Source of the DNA: Selaginella moellendorffii
Taxonomy: Eukaryota > Plantae > Lycopodiophyta
Length of the DNA: 30,418 nucleotides
Reading direction: 5' to 3'
NCBI RefSeq assembly: GCF_000143415.4
Contig: NW_003314471.1
Span: forward strand, 23,553 to 53,970
In this document: positions 1 through 8,583 of the stretch, piece by piece
Numbering within the stretch: position 1 is the stretch's first letter
How the letters are laid out: each line of letters begins with the position of its first letter
Translations under genes and position numbers: made by a program
Notes under the pieces: model-generated
What the model was told of the DNA's origin: nothing
The model's database searches: none
Seen by the model: the letters and a program-made list of their open reading frames with translations, nothing else

Positions 1-855
1 GGACAAGCCGTTAGGAGGTTACGGGGATGCGTGGCGGGCTTCCCGGCAAAATTTTCAGGCAAGCGTTCGGAGCTTCGCGGATTCCTGAACCAGATGGAGT
101 TGATCTTCGCACTTCAACATCGGCGGTACCCTACTCCCGAGTCTCAAATCGGCGCGATTGGGACGTTGCTCGAAGGTGCAGCTTTGTCATGGTTTCCTCC
201 TTTTCTGGAGAAGAGCGTGAAAGGGGTCGTGGTTCCAGAGCTGATGGGTCTTCAATTGTTCAAAGAGAAGCTCGAAGCATGTTTTGGCAAGACGGATCGG
301 GTTCGGGCTGCTACCACAAAGATGAGACGTCTCTCTCAGGGGTCTCGTCCTGCTTCGATCTACGCTGCAGAGTTCCAACTCCTTGCTTTGGACACTTAGT
401 GGGATGAGCGGGCCCTGATTGACCAATTTCGTTTCGGCCTCAACAACTGTGTCAAGGATTTGTTGCTCACCATGGAGGATCCCAAGGACCTGTCGGATGC
501 CATCAACAAAGCTGTTAGATGTGACAATCATCTCTTTGAACGTCGTCAGGAAAGTTGCCGCGCCGCTGTTTTTCCGTCCCAGACTCAGGAATCCCAGCTT
601 GAGTCTTCGGGCCATACTCTTGAACCTACTACTCCGGTTCCAATGGATATTTCTGGTACTCCCCGACTCATTAGAGGGAAGTTGAGTCCTGCTGAGAAGC
701 AACCTTGAATATCTCATAATCTTTGCCTCTAGTGTTCTGATCCTAATCACAAAGCAGCTGTAAGTCCCAAGAAGCCTCCTCGACTGCTCGAGTTCACTCT
801 GCCTCAAAGTCCACCTCTATTGCAGTCGGGAAACGACCCTGTCCAAACAGAGTAG
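1..855 (+). pseudogene. gag: gag of element A (capsid-like domain plus degenerate CCHC knuckle)
   Basis: Single frame: PAKFSGKRSELRGFL, LLEGAALSWF, SIYAAEFQ, DQFRFGL, PVPMDI, CL*CSDPNHKAAVS. Premature stops at 397-399, 706-708 and 730-732; natural stop TAG at 853-855. Confidence 0.88.
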
Positions 856-912
856 GAGCTGTTTGTTTGGACTCCCCGAATAAAAATCACTTTTCTTCTT
901 TATCAAGCTCCT
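828..912 (+). promoter_or_regulatory. -1 programmed ribosomal frameshift signal (G GGA AAC plus predicted pseudoknot)
   Basis: Heptamer 828-834 is in the gag frame and pol is in the -1 frame. 6-nt spacer, stem 841-849/864-872, and loop 854-860 complementary to 906-912. Confidence 0.8.
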
Positions 913-1861
913 CACCACCTTTCATCAAAGCCACCACCAATTCCCGCAACTTCCGTGTCCCATGTCTCCTTTTTTTCACCGGACAATCAGGACTCAAGGC
1001 TCTAGCGTTACTGGACTCGGGTGCAACTTCCTGCTTCATGGACACGGACTTTGCTGCTCGACATCACGTTCCTCTTTCTCCTACCATACGGGATTTGAGG
1101 GTTGAAGGCATCGGCGGGCATTTTGTGTCTCCATCTTCTGGACTTAGGGAAACGTTGCTTGTTCGAGTACACATCGGGTCCACCGTCACCGATATCGCCT
1201 TCAACATCATCAACAGCAAGTCCTCCTCTGTGGTGCTCGGTCTTCCATGGTTCCAACTACATCAGCCTCAGATCTGTTGGAAGGAATTACAGCTCATCTC
1301 TCCCATGGCTTCCCCTGCTGTTCATCGAGTCCGAATCAGGAAAAGTTCCCTAAACTCAAATCGGGGTTCTGTTCCTGACTCTATAAAGTTTTCACCCTCT
1401 TCTTTTTCCTCTCTTCCATCTTACACTAGACCGTATCCTCGTCTCATCATTCCATTTAGTCATACACCTCCTCCTATCTCCACAATCACTATGAAAGAAC
1501 TCCTTCATGAAGAACCTCTTTTTCTTTTTGCTTTGCATGTTTCTCCTGTCAGTCTTCCTGAGAAGTATCATGATTTTGGGGATGTGTTTGACAAGAAAAA
1601 AGCTAGTGTACTGCCTGTTCATCGGCCTTATGATTGTCCCATTGATTTACAGGAAGGAGCGTCACCTCCGTGGGGGCCTATCTACGGGTTATCCCCGTCC
1701 GAGCTTAAGGCCCTCAAAGAGTATGTGGATGAGAACCTTGCCTCGGGCTACATTCAGCATTCGCAGTTCCCGGCTAGAGCGCCTGTCTTCTTTGTCAAGA
1801 AGAAGGATGGGAGCTTGCGGCTAGTTATTGACTATCGAGGTTGAACAAGGTGACTTTCGGA

Positions 1862-2513
1862 NNNNNNNNNNNNNNNNNNNNNNNNNNNNNNNNNNNNNNN
1901 NNNNNNNNNNNNNNNNNNNNNNNNNNNNNNNNNNNNNNNNNNNNNNNNNNNNNNNNNNNNNNNNNNNNNNNNNNNNNNNNNNNNNNNNNNNNNNNNNNNN
2001 NNNNNNNNNNNNNNNNNNNNNNNNNNNNNNNNNNNNNNNNNNNNNNNNNNNNNNNNNNNNNNNNNNNNNNNNNNNNNNNNNNNNNNNNNNNNNNNNNNNN
2101 NNNNNNNNNNNNNNNNNNNNNNNNNNNNNNNNNNNNNNNNNNNNNNNNNNNNNNNNNNNNNNNNNNNNNNNNNNNNNNNNNNNNNNNNNNNNNNNNNNNN
2201 NNNNNNNNNNNNNNNNNNNNNNNNNNNNNNNNNNNNNNNNNNNNNNNNNNNNNNNNNNNNNNNNNNNNNNNNNNNNNNNNNNNNNNNNNNNNNNNNNNNN
2301 NNNNNNNNNNNNNNNNNNNNNNNNNNNNNNNNNNNNNNNNNNNNNNNNNNNNNNNNNNNNNNNNNNNNNNNNNNNNNNNNNNNNNNNNNNNNNNNNNNNN
2401 NNNNNNNNNNNNNNNNNNNNNNNNNNNNNNNNNNNNNNNNNNNNNNNNNNNNNNNNNNNNNNNNNNNNNNNNNNNNNNNNNNNNNNNNNNNNNNNNNNNN
2501 NNNNNNNNNNNNN
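1862..2513. other. Assembly gap whose flanks overlap
   Basis: 652 N; 1790-1861 is repeated almost exactly at 2514-2587. Confidence 0.95.
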
Positions 2514-5034
2514 CTTTGTCAAGAAGAAGGATGGGAGCTTGCGGCTAGTTATTGACTATCGAGGTTTGAACAAGGTGACTGTTCGGAACCGTTATCCGCT
2601 GCCCCTGATCTCGGACCTGTTGGAACGCCTCGGCGGTGCCCGCTTCTTCACCAAGATCGACCTCCGTGGAGCATACAACCTGATCTGGATCCGGCCTGGT
2701 GATGAATGGAAGACTGCGTTCCAAACCCGCTATGGCCACTTCGAGTACACTGTCATGCCATTTGGCTTGACAAATGCTCCAGCAGTTTTCCAACACATGG
2801 CTAACGACGTCTTTCGGGAGTTTCTTGATCAGATGGTGATCGTCTACCTCGATGACATCCTCATCTACTAAAAAACTCAGGAGGAGCATGACGAGGTGCT
2901 AGCGAAGCTGCGAGAACACGGCCTATACGCGAAGCTTGAGAAATGTTCCTTTGATCAGCAGTCTGTGGAGTTCCTTGGGTACATTGTCACTCCTGAGGGT
3001 ATCACGATGGATCCTGCCAAAGTCAAGACTATTCTCAAATGGGAGCCTCTACAATCAATGTTGGACGTTCAGGTTTTCCTTGGCTTCGCCAACTTCTACC
3101 GCAAATTCATTGATCACTACTCTGACATTGTCCTTCCTCTCACACATCTCACTCGCAAGGATGTTCCCTTCTCTTGGTCTGCTGCTGCCCACCAGGCCTT
3201 CGACACACTCAAGGCGGCCTTCAGTTCTGCTCCTGTCTTGATCCATGCTGATTCCTCACAACCTTTCTTCATCGAGGCTGACGCCTCCGTCTTTGCCATT
3301 GGTGCTGTGCTGTCTCAACTCGGAGCGGATCACGAACTTCATCCGGTCGCTTTCCATTCTCGGAAATTCCAGCCTGCTGAGATCAATTACGAAATCCACG
3401 ACAAGGAGCTCCTTGCTATCGTGGATTCCTTTGGAGAGTGGCGCCATTTCTTGGAGGGGGCGAGCCATCAAACAATAGTCTGGACGGATCACAAAAATCT
3501 CGAGTACTTTGCCACTTCCCGAGTTTTAAGCCGTCGTCAAGCAAGGTGGGCACAATTCCTGAGTCGGTTTGACTTTGTTATCAAGTACAGACCTGGAAAG
3601 TTTCAAGGCCTTCCTGATGCTCTTTCAAGGCGCTCCTATCTCAGTCTCAGGCCTGGTAATCCTGCCTTCGATCAACAGGATCAAGTTATCCTCGGTCCTG
3701 ATCGGCTTCAAGTTATGGCAATTTCCCTGGCCCCTCAGGACTCCTCCTTGATGGATGCAATCAGAAACGATCTTCAATCCGATGATCTCGCTAGCGACAT
3801 CTTCCCCCATCTTCAGGCTGGACACCCAGTGACTCCCGACTGCCGGCGATTTGACGAGTTCGAGTTCTTAGATGGCTTATTGTACCGTGGGGAGCAGCTT
3901 TACGTTCCTGAAGGTGATGCTCGAAGGTTGGTCCTGATGGCGTGCCATGATAGCCCGACTGCTGGTCACTTCGGCATTGCGAAAACCTATGAGCTAGTTG
4001 CACGGGACTTTTGGTGGCCTCACATGGACGACTACATCAAAGCTTTTGTTACCTCCTGTGACACTTGTGCCCGGAATAAGGTACCTCGCCACCTTCCTTC
4101 AGGTTTGCTTCGTTCCCTTCCGGTCCCTTCAGGTCCTTGGGAATCCATCTCCATGGATTTCTTGAGTGATCTTTCGAGTTCTGGAGGCTTCAACAGCATT
4201 TTAGTCGTGGTGGATCGCTTCACAAAGATGGCGCACTTCTTGCCATGTACCAAGGAATTTTCGGGCGAGGACATAGAAAAATTGGTATTCAGGGAAATTT
4301 TCCGACTTCATGGGATTCCTACAGATGTGGTTTCGGATCGGGGGCCTCAGTTCATCTCTCATTTCTGGCAATGGTTTTTGCAGCTGCTTGGAGTGAAGGC
4401 CAACCTCTCTTCGGCATATCATCCTCAAACTGATGGGCAGTCCGAGCGAACGATTCAGACGTTGGAACAATTTTTGAGGTGCTTCATTAACTATCATCAG
4501 GATAACTAGTTTGATATCCTTCCCCTTGCTGAGTTCTCCTATAATAACTCTGTTCACTCCTCTCTTCGAGTTTCCCCCTTCTTTGCGAACTCTGGCCGAA
4601 ATCCCCGATTCAATCTCTCACTTCCTTCTCCATCTGAATCCTCTCGTTCAAATCCCCGTTCTGAGGCATTTATCTCCAACCTCCAGGAAATCCACAACTC
4701 CATCTCCTTCCACCTCCATCGTGCTCAGGAATCTCATAAAACATTTGCCAATGTCCATCGTCAGGATTGTCCCCCTTACAATATCGGGGATAAAGTCTGG
4801 CTCCTTAGGCGAAATATCTCCACCACCAGGCCCTGTCCAAAACTCGATTTCAAACGCCTTGGTCCTTTCCCTATCACTGCCATCATTAATCCTGTGACTT
4901 ATCGCCTTGCACTTCCCTCCTCATATCAAATTCACCCCGTTTTTCACTCCTCTCTCCTTGAGCCTTATATTCCCAGTCCTATTCCAAATCGGGTCATTCC
5001 TCCGCCTCCACCAGTGCAGCTCGAGGATGGGTCT

Positions 5035-5196
5035 GAGTACGAGGTTCAGGACATCCTTGATTCCAAGATTTCACGGTCTAAACTCTACTATCTGGTGGAC
5101 TGGAAGGGTTACGGACCTGAGGAACGCACTTGGGAACCTGCGGACAACCTGATTCATTCTCCTGACCTTGTTCAGGACTTCCACCGCCGCTATCCT
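5035..5196 (+). other. Chromodomain at the integrase C-terminus
   Basis: EYEVQDILDSK..LYYLVDWKGYGPEERTWEPADNL; aromatic residues Y, W and Y retained. Confidence 0.9.
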
Positions 5197-5296
5197 TCTC
5201 GTCCCAGTCCTCATTCTTTTTCTCCATCTCCCATCCCTCGCCGCTCATCTCATCCTCCTCTTCATTCTCGTTCACATCCTCATTCCACTCGTTCTT

Positions 5297-5309
5297 GAGG
5301 AGGGGGTGC
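5297..5309 (+). promoter_or_regulatory. Polypurine tract of element A
   Basis: GAGGAGGGGGTGC directly before TGTCAGG and directly after the pol coding end. Confidence 0.85.
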
Positions 5310-5669
5310 TGTCAGGAATCCCCCAAATCTTGCCACATTCCTGACTCTCGCCGGATTCCTGACCTGCAGACCACATTCCTGACTCTCGAGACACTTCCCT
5401 ATTCCTGACTCTCGAGACACTTCCCGATTCCTGAGTCTCAGGCCACATTCCTGATGATGATGTGGCGCCTCCTCGACCTCAGCTATATTTAGGCCGTCCT
5501 CGATCCAAGAGTGGTGGAGCTTCATCAACCTATAGTATATATAGGTTAGCCTTGTTCCATTTCTCCACAATTTGAATCAACACCAGTCTAAGGTTTCTTC
5601 TTTGTTTCCACTAGCTTTTCTCTTTGTCCTTTTGCATTTCCAGTCTTGATCTTGTCAGGGGTCTTGACA
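5310..5669 (+). repeat. LTR of element A (last 30 bp repeated at 5783-5812)
   Basis: TGTCAGGA...TCTTGACA termini, ATTCCTGA repeats in U3, TATA-like TATATATA near 5536-5543. Confidence 0.8.
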
Positions 5670-5887
5670 GTTTGATTAAAATTGTGCTTTTTCGTTTTTT
5701 GATTTAGCTCATTTTGATTGTTTGATTACCTTTGCCTTTTTTTCCCCCTTTTTTCTTTCTTCTTGCCAATGGAGTCTCCAAGCCAGTCTTGATCTTGTCA
5801 GGGGTCTTGACATATATAAACTAAGGTTTATGGATTAATTGATATGTACATTTTTTGTATTCTTTTTCATATTCCATGCACTCACAT

Positions 5888-5903
5888 TGGTGGAGGTGAT
5901 GCG
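5888..5903 (+). promoter_or_regulatory. Putative primer binding site of element B (tRNA-Ala-like)
   Basis: TGGTGGAG(GT)GATGCG one base after a CA; resembles the complement of a tRNA-Ala 3' end. Confidence 0.45.
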
Positions 5904-6135
5904 CATTTTGATTATTCCTAAGGATTGTTTGGATTTGGGATTTTGGTTTATATCTAGGTTTTTCCATTTGTTTTTTCCCTTCAGGATTTTGGTTTAGATT
6001 TAGCTTTTTGCATTGTCTAGATCTTCATTTCCTTCTAGCTTTTGTCATTCCTCTTCTTTCACTCTTTCCTTTTTGTTCATCTTCATAGCAAATCAGCAAT
6101 CTCCTCCTTTGACTCTAGAGCAGCAGTTGGTATAA

Positions 6136-6812
6136 TTGCTTGATGCTATGTGCTTACAATTGAACAACCAAACTCAGTTGATAGCGGCATTCATGGCACG
6201 TGGTACAACTTCTCCTGCTCTTGGTGCCAATCCTCGCATTCACCTGGAGTTTTTTCGTGGGAATCCTGGGGATGATGTGTACTATTGGTTCAATCACTTC
6301 ACAGTGATTGCCACATATCATTCTTGGGATGATACTCAATATTTGCATGAGTTTCCCACATGTCTCCAAGGGACGGCGTTGCAGTGGTACAATGGTTTGA
6401 GTGCAGCCACTTGTGGGGATTGGAGTGTTCTCCCGGACATCTTCAAACACGCATTTGGACATGCAGACGATTGTGATGAGGCCATCCAACAATTATATCA
6501 TCTTCACCAAGGGCCATCTGAGTCGGTGATGCAATTTGGCTTTTGTTTCCGAAGTCTTTTGCTTTGTGCGGAGCCAAATATGCTAGAGCGGATTAAGCTA
6601 GGAATGTTGTGGCCAGCACTTCATCAAGATCTTGTCAGACTTATGCATGCACTTGCTCAGCAACCCTTGACGATGTTTTTCGCTTGGCACAACATTATGA
6701 GACGTCTTCTCGTCCACTTCTCACTGCCCATCCTTCTGCTCCTCTTCCTGTAGGTGATGGTTCTGTTCTAATGGAGGTTGGTGCTGCTGCTGCTTGAGTC
6801 TAAGGACAAGGG
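6136..6812 (+). pseudogene. gag: gag of element B, 5' part
   Basis: FRGNPGDDVYYWF, LQGTALQWY, LHQGPSESV; frameshift near 6660 into LDDVFRLAQHYE..LMEVG; cut by insertion C. Confidence 0.8.
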
Positions 6813-8570
6813 TGTAAGCGACTAATTTTTCCATTTTACTTTAGTCACTTAACCGCACCTCCGACCCCTTGGAGGAGTCTCATTCACAACCTCCATAAGT
6901 CCCAGTTAGGACTTGGGGTATGCTAGCCCCAAGAATGGCATCTCTGCCACTCAACCTTTGCACTTGGTCCAAGTGCTCCACGTGTCCGATCCCATGACCG
7001 ACACCCCAAGGTACCACCGACATATCGGCCCGTTACGCTAAGGCCATGTCCATTCACCTTGGTCACATTAGTGGTCCAACACCACCTGCATTCCAAACCC
7101 GTCTCTCAACGACTTGGTCATCCGTCCATGAGGGATCATCCCAGATCCACTCCTTAACATCCTTAGGATGCCTATAGACAAGGGGAATAGCCTTCCCCAA
7201 TATCTCCGTTCCGGTCCCCACCAAGTCCCTTTCTGTCCTTGGCCGTGTTCGCCAACACTGCCACTGGATCAAGGCCCACCGGCCCGACCACTAAGTCCCT
7301 CTATCCTCTAGGACTGCTTCACCGCGTGATTGTGTCCTTGGTCACCACACCAGAGGGCTACTCCTCTTTCTTTCCACAGCCTGGGACTCTGGGACACCAT
7401 TTCGGAACACCGTGGCCCTACGCTGGCCTCATGGGTACTCTCCCCGCCTTCCGCCTTTGGGTGCTCTAGCCATGGGCTTAGAGCAAGGTTTCATTGAGCC
7501 ACGACAGGTATCCAAGTAGGTAGTGCCACCCACACTTGGACTGGGAGCATCGGCCAGTCGATCTCCCGGGGGAACTAGAGCCGGCTCTTGAACACTTCAC
7601 CAAGCTACCCCGCTTGTCGGCTTGTGTTCACTCTAGTCTTGGACTTCCCAGTGGGCAGCTCATCACCCAACACTGGGTCCGGCCTTCCTGGGCTAAACTG
7701 GCCTTTCCTTGCCAAACTGGCCTTTCCTTGCCAAACTGGCTCCAATGCAGTCCTCCCCCTTACTATACTTTTGGAGCTCACCAAACCCCTCAGGGTCTGG
7801 GAGACGAATGCTTTGGGCTTTCACCCTCTCAGACTCGAACTCGGACTCGGACTCGGACTCGGACTCGGACTTGGACTCGGACTCAGACTCGGGCTCGGGC
7901 TCGGGCTCGGTCTCGGCCTCGGCCTCGGTCTTGGTCTCGGTTCCGATCTCGGTCTCGGTCTCGGTCCCGGTCTCGGTCCCGGTCTCGGTCTCAACTTCGG
8001 ACTCCATCTCGGGTCCATCTCGGACTCCATCTTGGACTCCATCTCGGGTCCATCTCGGACTCCATCTCGGGTCCATCTCGGACTCCATCTCGGACTCCAT
8101 CTCGGACTCCATCTCGGGTCCATCTCGGACTCCATCTCGGGTCCATCTCGGGTCCATCTTGGACTCCATCTCGGGTCCATTTCGGGTCCATCTCGGACTC
8201 CATCTCGGGTCTGTCTCGGACTCAATCTCGGATCCATCTCGGGTCCACCTCGGACTCCACCTCGGACTCCATCTCGGGGTCCTTCTCGGACTCCACTTCG
8301 GACTCCACTTCGGACTCCAACTCGGGTCCATCTCGGACACTTCCACGTGTCATGTGTTAGTCCTTTTTGGGTCCCTTTTTGGAGCCTCGCCTATGGCTCG
8401 CTTCGTGCTCATTCCTCAAGCACTTCATTAGGAGTTCCACTCCCGCTCTTGACTTTTCAAGTCGGAGCTTTTGGTCCAAACGTGTTACGCTCGTTTGACT
8501 CTCGCTTTGGCCACTAGCACGTGGCGCTCTTTCGGCTCCACTTTGGGGCCTATGGATTTTGTGTCTCACA
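6813..8570 (-). repeat. 3' LTR of element C
   Basis: Direct repeat of 11986-13699; plus strand reads TGTAAGCGAC...GTGTCTCACA. Confidence 0.95.
7829..8340. repeat. Hexamer (CTCGGA/CTCGGT) and 11/12-mer (GGGTCCATCTC/GGACTCCATCTC) tandem array inside the LTR
   Basis: Visible tandem units; equivalent arrays at ~12985-13468 and, inverted, ~16578-16985. Confidence 0.95.
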
Positions 8571-8583
8571 ACTCCACCACCCA
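8571..8583 (-). promoter_or_regulatory. Polypurine tract of element C
   Basis: Minus strand GGGTGGTGGAGT abuts the LTR start TGTGAGACAC. Confidence 0.65.

Larger units (their letters stand above)
828..5298 (+). pseudogene. pol: pol of element A: aspartic protease, RT, RNase H, integrase, chromodomain
   Basis: ALLDSGAT (PR); [29 protein letters not shown] (RT); ADASVFAIGAVL, DALSR (RH); HDSPTAGHFG..CDTC, SMDF, SDRGPQF, DGQSER (INT); GPF motif 4861-4869. Stops at 2869-2871 and 4507-4509; spans an N gap. Confidence 0.95.
1..5812 (+). mobile_element. Element A: Ty3/Gypsy chromovirus (Tcn1/Tf1-sushi-like) LTR retrotransposon, 5' part outside window
   Basis: gag, then PR-RT-RNaseH-INT order, C-terminal chromodomain, PPT and a TG...CA-bounded LTR; several in-frame stops. 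Confidence 0.93.

Noticed and set aside
187-807. 206-aa minus-strand ORF and other short ORFs overlapping gag/pol
   Set aside because: Antisense or off-frame shadows of retroelement coding sequence with no recognisable motifs
1-1844. Domesticated PEG10/RTL-like gene
   Set aside because: Multiple stops plus full RT, INT, PPT and LTR show an ordinary decaying retrotransposon
1821-2548. Long ORFs spanning the N run
   Set aside because: Artefacts of translating Ns
7536-8517. SR-rich, GL-rich and SD-rich ORFs (also 12709-13560 and 16240-17262)
   Set aside because: Products of stop-free tandem repeats in the LTR, open in several frames on both strands
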